Shown in pieces: positions 40,000 through 53,303 of a DNA stretch of 64,000 nt. The notes beneath the pieces are model-generated. The model was not told the DNA's origin, did no database searches, and saw only the letters and a list, made by a program, of their open reading frames with translations. This DNA comes from Octopus vulgaris. Its lineage: Eukaryota. Position 1 is the stretch's first letter. Each line of letters starts with the position of its first letter. A program made the position numbers and the translations under genes. The DNA is taken from positions 51,894,001 to 51,958,000 of the forward strand of contig OX597822.1 in the NCBI GenBank assembly GCA_951406725.2. Direction: 5' to 3'.

Positions 40000-41780
40000 A
40001 TCTCTCACTCCATGGAGTATTTTTTTGTTGATCTTACCTCCCCGGAACAATACATTACGTGTGTGTGTGTGTATGTGTGTACAAGAGTTATGTAATGGAG
40101 TATGGGAAATCCGGGTTACATATGTTTCACAGTAAGTGGAACCTCAGAAGTAGTAAAATTTTCCTACTCCACTACCCATACAAAAATAAAATCTCATACA
40201 AAATCTAACAATACATCATTATCTCAACTTAGCAGTAAACTAACGCTTGACTCAACTCCTTACACTATCAAATGGTCCATAATCACTCACGCCTAACCTT
40301 ACAGCGGATATAATAATTAGTGTGATCCCAACAAAGCCGATATCATGGTTATTTTACAATCCACGGACTGTCTTAATGGATGCAGCAGTGTAATATTCAT
40401 CTGCAAACATCGGGGACTAAATCTATTCTCGAAATACAAATAATTACAACCCTACCATGCTCTTGTGTCCTCCATAACATTCATATATTCTTGTTTCCAC
40501 TCATCCACCCTTGCTACCACTGCATAATAAACCAACAATACTTTTTCTCCCAATATAATTCCTTAATCGTCAATTACAATTTTCTATCCGTATTTTTACT
40601 TACTATCAAAAATATCCTTCTCTCCTTACATTTATACTCCCCTCCTCTCCTACCCTTTCCACCCGTAAACGTACAAATGGATGGAAGCACTCCGTCGGTT
40701 ACGACGACGAGGGTTCCGGTTGATCCGAATCAACGTAACAGCCTGCTCGTGAAATTAACGTGTAAGTGGCTGAGCACTCCACAGACACGTGTACCCTTAA
40801 CGTAGTTCTCGGGGATATTCAGTGTGACACAGAGAGTGACAAGGCCGGCCCTTTGAAATTCAGGTACAACAGAAACAGGAAGGAAGAGTGAGAGAAAGTT
40901 GTGGTGAAAGAGTACAGCAGGGATCACCACCATCCCCTGCCGGAGCCTCGTGGAGCTTTTTAGGTGTTTTCGCTCAATAAACACTCACAACGCCCGGTCT
41001 GGGAATCGAAGCCGCAATCCTATGACCGCGAGTCCGCTGCCCTAACCACTGGGCCATTGCGCCTCCACGAAACGTACAAATACATACGCCTATATACACC
41101 TAAATCACTTCACTCGTTTTTTTTCTTCTTTCTTTTACTAATTTACGCATTTTGACAATAAAACCACTAGCCGTGCTTAAACTCTCCACCCTATCTTGCT
41201 TTATTCATACATACTTTCTTTTTCCCCCACGACCAAAAATATTTCCTCACTCTCTCGTCCCCAAGTTCCCTTCAACTGCCAATCCCACTATTGAATGCTG
41301 TGATTAAGCCAAAACGTCTATATTATCTACCACGGACGTGTCCAATTCCTACTTTCTCTTACTCCCCTATATTTCATTTTGTATTATTTTTCTCTTCTTT
41401 CTTCCATTTTTATTACATATTTCTCCCCTCATTTATATACATTTCACATATTGAGCCTTCCAAACATTCTGAATGAATCTTTGCATTAACATGTGCCTCC
41501 TTGCCACAATGTAGTCTTTAATCTAATCAAGATATCCTTGACCTAAAGAGTAGCCGGCGGTATGCATCTCACTTGGATTTTACCACTTCTGAGGTTCCAC
41601 TCGCGATGAAACATATATAGCCCGGATTTCCCATATTTCTTTCCGTAACTCTTGTATTTTTTCGCACACTCGGCTACCCTGGTTGCTTACCGAGGAGTAC
41701 AAGAAGAACTTTTTTTCAGCTCATCGTTCTTCGATAAAAGAAAAAAAATCCGCAATCTTCCGTCTTAATAAACCACTATT
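40000..41780 (+). mobile_element. Degenerate Penelope-like element with inverted pLTR, interrupted by a SINE
   Basis: About 40079-40160 is the reverse complement of about 41577-41657 and includes GAAAC-ATAT-GTA. DIII..PNKADIMVIL at about 40310-40360 weakly resembles the PLE 'ADKG' region. Confidence 0.55.
40679..41069 (-). mobile_element. tRNA-derived SINE family C (tail type 2), full length
   Basis: TSD of 12 bp, AAACGTACAAAT, at 40667-40678 and 41070-41081. Intact tRNA-like head. Confidence 0.92.
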
Positions 41781-42394
41781 GTACCTGAATGTTGTTCCTT
41801 TATATTTACTACGGTTTGGTCGAAGCTAACTTTCTTCCTACACTTCGATCCCTAGATCTTACACTTATGTACTTATATATATATATAAATATATATATGG
41901 GGTGGGGTATTGCGTGATGGATGGCAAATATATATATATATATATATATAGGGGAGAATTCACGTGTGTATAAGAGAGTTTGTATGTGCGTGTGGAAGAG
42001 GGCTGGTGATCTTGACGTGTGCGTGTGTGTATGTGTAGGTGTGAAAATGTGGGTCTGGGAAGTGGTCGGTGCTGATGTGTGCGTGGTGATGTGTTGCGAT
42101 GTGTGTGGTATGGTGTTGTAAGGTGTAGTGATGCGTGGTGTGGTGTGATGGTGTTGGGAGGAGGGGAGGCGGGTTTGGGGAAAGCAAGGATAGTTGTGGG
42201 TTAGGCTGAGGATGTGGATAGAGGTGGGGTGAGCTTACGAGGGAGGGGGAAGATGAAGGGAGGAAGGAGAAGATGGATAAGAGTGAAGAGAAAAGAAAAG
42301 GAGTGTAGGAGTGAAAAGAAGAAGTAGGAGACGGAGCAAGATATGAGATGTGGGTGGGAGGGAGGATGTAGGTGTGAGGGGGGAGTGACGAGGG

Positions 42395-42545
42395 GAGTCC
42401 GTATGGCCCCTGTGCAAGGACTATCCGAACACGGACAAGTATTGCAGATAGTGACCGGTAGAGCGAAAATGGCGCGAGACCGGAGTGTCATTGCGAGTCG
42501 GATGTCTCGGAGATGTTCCGCGAATCGGTCAGCCAAGTGGCGTAT
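42395..42545 (-). pseudogene. Penelope-like GIY-YIG endonuclease fragment
   Basis: RHLADRFAEHLRDIRL, then after a frameshift NDTPVSRHFRSTGH..., matching the PLE EN motif 'R.L..RF.EH...I......PVA.HF...H'. Confidence 0.75.
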
Positions 42546-42730
42546 ATATATATAAAGTAGATAAATGGTATAACAAGGCACCAATATTTACTGGAAAATA
42601 CCAATCGATATAAATACGACGCTATTATGGAGCTATCCTTTACTGGAAAGTAATACATTTATATATATATATATTACGGAGATGTACTCGCATAGCAAGT
42701 AATTTGATCTGAGATCGTGTGCTGAAACGA

Positions 42731-43022
42731 AAATAATTGCAGCGTGGAAGGTGTTTATAAGCCATTTAAGAAACACACAAAAGCCGTTCGATTCACTTCA
42801 ACATTTAAGTTTAATTTGTCAAAATATTTTCGTCGCTAAAATCCGCGACCTGTTCACTGACAAAAATCCGAACACTTGTCCGTGTTCGGATTTTTATCAG
42901 TGAACAGGTCGCAGATTTTAGCGACGAAAATATTTTGACAAATTAAACTTAAATGTTGAAGTGAATCGAACGGCTTTTGTGTGTTTCTTAAATGGCTTAT
43001 AAACACCTTCCATGCTGCAATT

Positions 43023-43026
<4 letters not shown>
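42731..43026. mobile_element. Near-perfect fold-back element (145-bp arms, 6-nt loop), each arm carrying a variant HHR
   Basis: 42731-42875 pairs with 42882-43026 with only about 4 mismatches by eye. The element is bounded by (TA)n tracts. Confidence 0.92.
42816..42863 (-). ncRNA. Hammerhead-like ribozyme with G3-C8 compensatory core swap
   Basis: Minus strand reads TTGTCA-GTGAACA-G-GTCGC-GGATTTTA-GCGAC-GAAA-ATAT-T-T-TGACAA. A mirror copy lies on + at 42894-42941. Confidence 0.7.
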
Positions 43027-43073
<47 letters not shown>

Positions 43074-43122
43074 TGTATGTATGTATGTATGTATGAATGT
43101 AAGTATGTATGTTTTTATATAT

Positions 43123-43181
<59 letters not shown>

Positions 43182-43762
43182 ATGTATGTATGCGCATATA
43201 TATATATATATAAATATGCATGTATGTGTGTGTATATTTATACGTATGGATATACTTCACATTAACAGTGTGAGAAGAACCCTGATCATATGACAAAATG
43301 CGTCGTGTTCTTGCTGCTGTAGTCATTTATTATTCTGGTGAAAAGCTTCTCTGTCTGTTATAAATAAAATGCAATCAATGCTTTTCCCATTCATTCAATT
43401 CCTTTTTATTCTAAGTCTGGTAATGTACAATGATATCGGAATTTGAATATGTTATATGAAATATTATGGACGGAAACTGTAAACTAAATGCGCAAGCTAA
43501 ATGATTATATGTGATAAAGGCATTCATGAGATACCGTACAATGACTGTAAACAAGAGGCTTGCCTGACAGGATGAGGCTAAATAATCCTGCCTTCAATGA
43601 ATGATGCATGATTAAATAAATGAAATGCACTCGGCATAAATGTATGGTATTCTGATAATGTTCAATGTTCTACAAGGAGACAAGAAAGACATATATCCCC
43701 ATCACAGAGGAAATCCTATGATTTGCAGTCACACACACACACCTACATACACAGATATATGC

Positions 43763-43827
<65 letters not shown>

Positions 43828-44429
43828 GAGAGCTGGTTACTGACAGGGATAGCGAAAAATAGAGAGAGAAATGAATATAATACGCATATATAATCCTGCT
43901 TGCACACACACACGTGTATGTATGTGTGTGTGTGTATATGTGTGTGTATGTGTGTGTGTGTGTGTCAGTCTGTCTGTGTGTGTCTGTGTGCTTCAGGTGC
44001 TTTCCTTTCGATAAGTTCTCCAATTGTTATTCTGCATATTCTGATAGACGGATAAATACTGATGTTTCACAATTTCATTTTACTGATGTGATTGTATTAT
44101 TTCCAAACATGTGCCAGACGAGAGCGCAAAGCAATACAATTCATGTTCATGTTAAGCCGAACCGGTCGCTGGATATCACGTTAGGGATACACGCATTTCT
44201 ATTTTCCAACGCCTCATTTTTACCCCATCTAAAACATAGCCTGATTTTGAAAAAAGCTATACTTTATCTAAAATATATCAATATAAATGCATCTCATAAT
44301 GCTGCTAGACAACATACTAGAATATATACTGGTAAGATTACGAAGCGACATCAAATTACGTAGAGTGTTACTTTCTTTTAGGAAGCAGGAATTTTACACA
44401 ACCGTTTTCCTTTTTTTTTCTCATAAAAG

Positions 44430-44575
44430 AATGGTTTTATGGTTAAGAAGTTCGCTTGGCAAACACATTGTTCGGGGTTCAGACACAATATGCAGCATGT
44501 ATCCTACTACACCCCCGGGGCAATCATTATGCTGTGAAAGTATTTGTTAGATGGAAACTGTGTGGAAGTCCCTTG
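44430..44575 (+). mobile_element. Degenerate SINE family B head
   Basis: TGGTTAAGAAGTTCGCTT...TTCGGGGTTCAG...GATGGAAACTGTGTGGAAG. Confidence 0.55.
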
Positions 44576-44579
44576 AATA

Positions 44580-44725
44580 TACAAGGGTTGGACAAAATAA
44601 TGGAAACACCTTAAAATTTCAAACAAATTTGTTTTAACATGGTGTAGGGCAGCCTTTGGCAGTAATTACTACTTGAATCCCGCGAGGTATGGAATCGTAC
44701 AAAGTTTGAATTGTTTCCAAAGGAA
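44580..44725 (-). mobile_element. Tc1-like transposon 3' end with TIR
   Basis: Minus translation PLETIQTLYDSIPRGIQVVITAKGCPTP. The terminus reads TA-CAAGGGTTGGACAAAATAATGGAAACACC. Confidence 0.75.
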
Positions 44726-44855
44726 ACAAGACTATTGAAAAGGTTGCAAGACGCAACGAAAATTTTAGGAGAATAAAAATATGAAATAAGTGGAAGTTTT
44801 TACCGGTGAGTGTGTTACATTGTAAGGCACAAAAAGAAAATGACTCTCCCCAGAC

Positions 44856-44916
<61 letters not shown>

Positions 44917-46159
44917 AAATGGATAAATGAATTATCTTGTTACGGATTATTCAAATTATAACCGATACCTGGGTAGCAAAAATCACAACAGTAAAATCAC
45001 GGTTGAGGTTACGACCATGGGGTATCGCAACCGTGCCTTAGTGCGGATAATTGAAGTTTTATATATTTAATGAGGGAAGAAATGGAGGGAAGAAATAGTT
45101 ATATATGTGTGCGTGTCTTTGTCTTTCTGCCAAAACCACATGACAACCAGTTGATTTCATATGGATGCATTGGAAAATAAATTCCATTATATCAGCTATA
45201 AATTTGTATACATGCAACATTACTGGTACAATTTTAACGGTTACACAAATTCACAATCCTACTTTCATTCTCAACTGGTTAATATCACGTCATTTGCTAC
45301 CAAAGTTTGTGAATAAGAAATATGTTGATAAACAGCTTTCAGTAGATCTGTTCTTCATAGTTACCAATAATACCAAATCCACAATCAGATATATTACTCT
45401 AAAGTAAATATAAATTAGTTGAATGATTATTATCAGAATATATCATTACTAGAGTATTATCCATCGTATGACAGGTAAGTTTAGAAGTATGACTTTACCC
45501 ATCAATGGTGATATCATCTCATCATTTTTATAAAAACAAAGAAATTGATGAAAAGTAAATCTTTTAAAGAAAATATTTAAATTAAAAACGTAACTTTATT
45601 TCACTCATTGCTTGCTACCAAGCCTGGTATGTGCACTCATCCTATTCTTCTAATGTTAACTATCTCTCCACCTCTCTTTCGCACTATCTCGCTCACTCTG
45701 TTTCTGAGTAACTGAAGAAATCTGTCAACCAACTAATCAACAAACATTTGTATCAACTGTTATTATATAGCAATTCCTACCCCGGAAAAGACTGAGAATA
45801 CTTGTGAGAGGGCGTTGATATGATAACTAAGCATCGTCTCATGTTACTGGTTTCATTCGACTGTGGTCGAACCAGAACACCGTCTTCAGTTGCTTATATT
45901 TGTCTGTAGCTAAGTATATATTTCAACAATTCTTATTTATCGACTGGTTAAATTATTTTGACAATAAAATGTACTGGTTTTGTACGATAGGGAGATGCGT
46001 TGTTAAATGCAAATAAGCATTCATGAACACACAACTTGACACACACACACGGACGCACACACACACACACACACATACACATATATACATACACATACAC
46101 ACACAGACATGTATATATATGAATGCTTGTTCGTGTCCATGACTGATTATCTCTAATAA

Positions 46160-46740
46160 CATACACGGCATATTTCTGTGGAAGACACCATACGTGTTCA
46201 TTAGCGGTCGCTCAAGAACGTCAAGAAACTACTTCCCTATGCAACACAAAGTTGTCACAAAAACAATATACAATGCCACTCGAAAACAGATACTCCTGGA
46301 ATAAATACAATCTTCCTGTTATTGAATACATACATCATCTACACAACGGATAGTAATGGAACATTCGTATCAAAATATCTGTCAAGTGTAAGCATCACAG
46401 GCTGTATATACTTGTTTGGGACAGAGAACAAAAAAGTATGTCGCTTCACAGAGGTCAGCTGTTTGGTGATGTGGATATTTCTTTGAAAATTAGAATGAAA
46501 GAGGAAAACTATGGACAACAGCTCAGAAACCTTCAGCTTCTATATCCAGATTATAAATTCACATTTATAGCAGTAGAAATTGATGTTCTTAGTATTATGA
46601 GAAAGTGTTAAGTTACAATTTGGATCAGCTAGGGTTTTCAGAAAAATAAATCAACCAGCTAGCTCGCACATTACTTAAACGATCTGTAAATGGAACAGTA
46701 ACAATATACAAGGCTTTTAAAATATGACATTGTTTTTGTT
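46160..46740 (+). mobile_element. 3' fragment of an RLE-type non-LTR retrotransposon (R4/Dong-like)
   Basis: VEDT..ISGRS (decayed CCHC end). WNIRIKISVKCKHHRLYILVWDREQKVC..EVSC..DVDISLK...KEENY...LRNLQLLYP matches the PD-D-E..K restriction-like endonuclease region. Confidence 0.75.
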
Positions 46741-48433
46741 ATCTACATTCCGACGATGCTGGTTTGTATCTTTGTAAGAAATCAACTCCTTTCTCAGAAG
46801 AAGAATTAAAATAATTGAAAATAGAAAAGAACACGCATATGTGCGCGCGGGCATGTGTATGTATGCATGATCGTCTCCAGTTTCTTTTGATCTTTGGACT
46901 ACAATCGAATGTGAGTCTTTTAATCACATTAGGCCTAGATATCTTTATTTCGAAAGAGTCGATCTGCTTTCAGGGTACATCCATTTCCTAATTCAAAAAA
47001 GTGTGTTTATCTGCGGTATGACAAAAAAAAAAACGACTTTCTCCAGATTCTGTAACACGATACTTATATCATATTGTGATCATGAAAATAATATTTCTTA
47101 TATAATATTAGTAGTTTTTAATGAATCACTTAGATAATTCCAGCATCGCATACAAAACTATTTGTGATATCATTTCTAAATGTTATAGTCACATCCAATA
47201 AATAATAGTTTTCGTTAGCATTACGTTAGCACGGCATGTGATTAGATGATGATATATTGCATAGATTCGATGGAACTAGCATGCTACATGGCACCATTTT
47301 CCTTTAAAATATTTAATCTGTATAAGGAAAGTAACATAAGCTACTTTGCCAAGTTAATACCAACTACTTTATCAGATTTGATTGAAAGCAAATGCATTCG
47401 AAAGTGGTTGTATTTTTTCTATACTAACCTGCAACTTCTCGGTAGTATATTCCTTATACTAAATATATATTCCGTTTATATAGATTTTGAAAGTGAAAAG
47501 TAAGCTGCAGTACGATTATATATTTTACAGTCTGGTAAGCAAAGAGAAAGAAGTAGACTGCAAGTAAGCTAAGATAACAACAGGTTTAATACCCAGTTGA
47601 AACGGTTTCTTATTACTCCAATGCATTTCGATGAAATAGTGATACACCATTCTATTTCTCTGCAAATATAATACCTATCGCACTTACTTAAGGACTACAC
47701 ACACAAAAAAGAAGTCTCTATTCGGTGCTAAAGATAAAACCTGAATTACTTCAAATATACCCCTATTGTTTAATAAAAGAGACAATATATAAGAATATGT
47801 ATTGATGTATTGCTTGTCAGTTGTTTGACCTTAACCAGTTGACCATGTTCCTTAGTGACTCACGATATGTGCATCTCTGATCACGAGCAGAAGTAGTGGG
47901 GCAGCATCATAGCCTTGGGATTCTTTGGGGTTTGAATAATTCACCTGAGGAAACATGGGTATTTCGTTCAACATCCTTAAACAACCGTTATTCAGGGACA
48001 TTTTGAGTGGGATGGGTTACTCGACACGAAGAACATTCTAACTGGGCCCTACCTGCAAGGTCGTTTGCTGATTATCTTGATATGAGATCACCATAAAATG
48101 GAAATAGCCACAGATGGAATGTTTGTGATTATAGGTCTACTAAATTAGGCAGATATGGGGGGCTAGGGTTAGCAACTTCTATAATATTAATATCATGAGA
48201 ATTTTTAGGTTTACAGGCGGGGTGCCTATTGTGTGAATCGATTACATATCGGCGTTACGGTCAAATAAGAAATGGTGCATTTGCCATGGAGTGAAGTGTG
48301 CATTTTCTATTACCAAAACAGTAAGTAGTCAAAACAATTAGTGATCAAAATTGATTTTACATAACATTGAACCACGCACTGGTCCTCTCATCATTAACTT
48401 TTCCTCCACTTCATCCTCCTCGTTTTCTTCTCT

Positions 48434-48441
48434 TAATAATA

Positions 48442-48514
<73 letters not shown>

Positions 48515-48531
48515 CAACAATAATATTAGTG

Positions 48532-48619
<88 letters not shown>

Positions 48620-48664
48620 TAATAATAACAATAATAATTATTATTATTATTATTATAATTATTA

Positions 48665-48713
<49 letters not shown>
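48434..48713. repeat. (AAT)n abutting its complement (TTA)n
   Basis: Direct reading; the strand switch is at about 48638. Confidence 0.95.
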
Positions 48714-48714
<1 letters not shown>

Positions 48715-48729
48715 ACTTTACATGACTTT

Positions 48730-49235
48730 ACATCCCCCTAACTTAGCGGTTTGGCAAAAAACACGATAGAATAAGTACTAGGTTTAAGAAATAAGTCCTG
48801 CGGTTGATTTGTTTGACTAAAATCTCTTCAAGGCGGTGCTTGAGCATGGTCACAGTCAAATACCAAAAATGTGTAAAGGAATGAAAGAGTATACATTTTT
48901 CTATCATTTACTTGCTTCAGTCATTTGACTGCTGCAATGCTGGGCCATGCTTTAGCCAAACAGGTTGACTCTAGGACTTAATTTTACACGGACTACTTAT
49001 TCTATCGGACTCTTTTGCCAAACCGTTAGTTAACGTTCACATAAACAAACCAACACTGGTTGTCAAGACACACACACACATAGATATACATATTTATACG
49101 ACGTGCTTCTTTCAGTTTCCCTCAACGAAATCCACTCCCAAGGCTTTGGTCAGCCCTTGGCTATAGTAGAAGACACTTGTCACGCAGCGGAACTGAACCT
49201 GGAACTACATGGTTAGGAAGCAAGCTTCTTATCAC
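48730..49235. mobile_element. Two SINE family B pieces tail-to-tail (+ tail 48730-48890; - copy 48900-49235)
   Basis: TAACTTAGCGGTTTGGCAAAA...GATAGAATAAGTACTAGG on +. The reverse copy ends in the head GGAACTGAACCTGGAACTACATGGTTAGGAAGCAAGCTTCTTA. Confidence 0.7.
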
Positions 49236-49331
<96 letters not shown>

Positions 49332-49332
<1 letters not shown>

Positions 49333-49690
49333 TTAAAGCACATAGAGACAACCATGGAAATGACAAAGGAAAATAGTTTAATAAACGGAACATATAGGCC
49401 CTCGATAGAAAAAAATAGGCTTTCCCTTACGCGTGGGACTCGAATCCTCATCCCTTTGTTAACGTGAATGTTACACCAGCGAACTAGCCCGCTCTTTACT
49501 GTCAAATTTAACAACTATATTAGTTCGTAGTTGTTTTTGTAAACAAATTTGATGTGTTTTCTGTGCGGCCTACTTTTTTGCTGTCGAGGGCTTATATGCC
49601 CTATTATTTGACTATTTTCCGTAGTTATTTGCACGGTGATCTCTATAAACTTTAAGGTTATAAAAAGTACCATTTTATCAGTTAACAGAA
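49332..49690. mobile_element. Diverged inverted-repeat element between (TA)n tracts
   Basis: About 49332-49420 pairs imperfectly with about 49567-49655. Confidence 0.65.
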
Positions 49691-49704
49691 TTATATATGT
49701 ATAC

Positions 49705-49787
<83 letters not shown>

Positions 49788-51246
49788 TGTATGCATGTAT
49801 GTATGTATGTATGCGTATATGTATATTTACGACAAAGTGGGGTTTAAAAATTCTCAGCAGTTGTTAGAACAGTATTTTGCATTAATGAATACTTCACCTA
49901 CTTCGATTACATCATGAAAAAATCTAATCTCATCAGGTGATTTTAATCAAACGAATAATCATATAGGTACATAGAGGATTTCAATTGACTAGCTTGATAA
50001 AGGCTTAACAAGGAACGTGAATTTGGTAGCTGAACAGTTGAATTGAAAGGGCTATAACATGAAAACGCATTTCTCCACATCTATGCATTCTACTACGAAG
50101 ACACTTTTAAATGATCAATCGATCTACTAGAAGAATCAGATAAATCTACTTTAATATGTAAATGTAAATGTGGAATGTAAATCAAGTTACACTTCTGTCT
50201 GAAGTAGGACATGTCAGTCATGACTGGAATATCGCTGTTTATAAGCATGCATGCTTAATGCCGGATTAGAACTAAACAGTAACAACATTTGGGGATCACA
50301 TGCAGAAAAGACTTCTATTAATTGAAAGTTTCTGCCATTTTGTGCAGAAATCCTTTAGTAAGGAGGAAGTAGAAAACATTGAACATCACAGTAAAAAATA
50401 AAAAGGAAGAAATAAAAGCTTCTGGATCAAAGACCTACATAACAAACATGTTTACTACTCCATATAAAACAAAAACTTGACTGTGTTTTGTCGATACCGT
50501 AAGGGATGATGATGTTGGTGATAATAGAGACGTTCGATGGAATTGAAGCGATGTTATTGTAGATAAAGATGAGGTTAGCTGATGCCAGAGTTACATCAAT
50601 GGTTCATAATGATAAAAGCTGCTTGGTAGCGTTGTTAGGAGCTGTTCTGAATATGCGTCTAGTACTTGAAGGAAAAAAGTAAATAATCGATATAATGCTT
50701 TCAATATATTTGTTAAGGCAGAACTAATCTGCACTTGCTGCTGGCCACAACAGAATCGGGAAAAATAGATTACAACAGTATAAGACTTTAGTTTCTTTTT
50801 CTATTCTCTATGATTGGTCGTTTTAAGGAATAGTCGTGGTGATTAAAGCAGTACTAGTGTTGATGATGTTGGTATTACTTTGGTTATTCTTTTTAGGAAA
50901 ATGGTAAAGAATTCCTATGCCGTATTTGGCGCATATGAATTCTTTACCATTTTCTTTTAAATATTGTTTATTTTTATTTGATTGATATCTTATTCCTTTG
51001 TTTTCCGTTTCTTTTGTTCCTATGCATATACTTCGCTTTTCTATTTGTCAAGATTGAAAATAGCAGGTGATAGCAAAATGTATCTTATAATATACTTGAG
51101 TGTTCTATAAACATGACGAGCATGCGATCGATGAATCAAAGTAGAGCAAAAAAAAAATTAGAATACAAACGATACAAAAGAATTGTAACAAACATAGAAA
51201 TAAAGCTATCGAGCGCGATATAAATAAGGAGAAAGAATGTACATAC

Positions 51247-51300
<54 letters not shown>

Positions 51301-51314
51301 ACATACATACATAT

Positions 51315-51361
<47 letters not shown>

Positions 51362-53303
51362 ATATATACATACACGCGCGCACACACACACATACAATGA
51401 TAACCAGGAGAATAACATGGATGAAGTGAATATTGGTAAATTTGTCAGTAACAGAGAGATGGTACTGAAAAAGAAACAGAAAAACCTGGTAAAAATAATA
51501 AATTGTTATGTGGGTGTTTCGAAAAGTTACAGGCGTACACGACAGTGAAAGAAAAAGGATTAAATGAACGAAAATCAGTTTACACATATAGTTCTCATTT
51601 GAATCTTATCGAAGTGTCAAAGTCGAGTCGTGAGAAGGAGAATTCTGTTTAAATGTACAATATGATAAGTACTGAGTGAGTTATTCCGCTTTCCTCGTAA
51701 TATGCCTGTGAAAAAGTGTATGTATGTTTGCATGTATGCAAGTATGTGTGTATATTAATCGGTTCTAAAGTTAAGTATATGACTAAAGTCTAAATGGTTG
51801 ATAACCGTATGTATTGCACTTTTAAGCATAACTTTTAAATCGTAAATCTACCTTTTATAAACGAAGAAATTACGATTTCTTCAAGAAGATAGCATTCAAA
51901 ACAATATTATATATTCACGTGATAAGAAATACTTTTCAAATACACCACGTAACATAAAAGAGAGGTTAAATAATTATGTTACATCGTAAAAACATATACG
52001 ATAATATACTTATTACGTATACAATAAAAATGTAAATACACAAATAAATATGCATGTACAAATAATTAATATATTCGCGACAAATGTTTCCGTTCCAATA
52101 ATTAATATATCACAATTGTTTCCGTTCAACAGTAACAGCTGTTACTGAGTTTTCCGTATCGAAATATTACATAAAGTATTATATAATTATATAAGTATAT
52201 ATATGATCCAGTAGCATCTTTGCACCGGCATGGCATCAGTTGAGTGGCTTTGATAGCACAACAGGGTCACATTCAGTTTCCCGTCATTTTATAACTCATT
52301 GTATTATAAAGGACTCGTGGCCAACACACACATATATAAACACACTCTGATTAGCATACAAATATTTCTAATATTTCATTCTTTAGACTCATACTTACAT
52401 ACATACATACATTACTACTCATATACTTACAGATACATACTTATATACACACACACAAACACACACACACACACACACACATTCCATTGTGATAATTCCA
52501 AAGATTTAAATGTAAACTTTGATCATGTAGTTATAGTAATATGTTATTCACTTGAAAATGCTATTATACTGTTTTCAATATCATTACTGGTATGTGTAGA
52601 TAAATACATACCAGTAATTATACTGAAAACATTGTAATAGATACTGTTGTATTTCGGAATGGTCATTTTGCCAGTTTAGCCAATAAATCTTGCACAACAA
52701 ATATATAAACGTAATTGTAATAGATATATACACATAAAAGAATATGTAAAACTGTACAAGGAATACGTGGGAGGGAAAAATATTTGTTTAACTTAACGCT
52801 GTAATATGAGAGGAATCCCCAACAGTGCGTATGCATTTATGTATGCCTGCATGTATGCATGTGTTGTAAAGCGGTATTTTGTCACTGTTGTATCTGTCTT
52901 TTGGCGACGATTGTCGCTCTGACAGATATTGTTATATTTCGAAGTTGTCGATAGAATAGTTTCAATCTGGCACTGCACGACCCCCAGTCGTACAGCGTTA
53001 TTATCCTCAAAAGTTTGGATCGGTATAATGTCCACTCAGTATCGCACTATAATTACAGCATCAGCACAGACACCACTATTAATATAGTCTATACGTACTC
53101 TCGACATTTTGACCTTCCACTGTCGACCGGCAAATCCGTCTATTCATAATGGTTAGGTACTACCACTTTTTACCGGGTAGGGTGTACAGTTTCAAACAAT
53201 CAATTTCTTTTATTCACACTACCTCCTTTTTTATATATACACTCAAAATCTTTTCTTCTTAGGTTCTACTTTTAGGAATTCAATGTTCTTCCTTTTCTTT
53301 TTA

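Noticed and set aside
50898-52640. Small hairpins at 50898-50954 and 52561-52640 as miRNA precursors or terminators
   Set aside because: AT-rich, and probably small remnants of fold-back elements; no evidence for processing.
52870-53200. GC-richer segment, possibly an exon or LINE endonuclease fragment (RIDYI on minus)
   Set aside because: A single short motif with surrounding stops is insufficient for a call.
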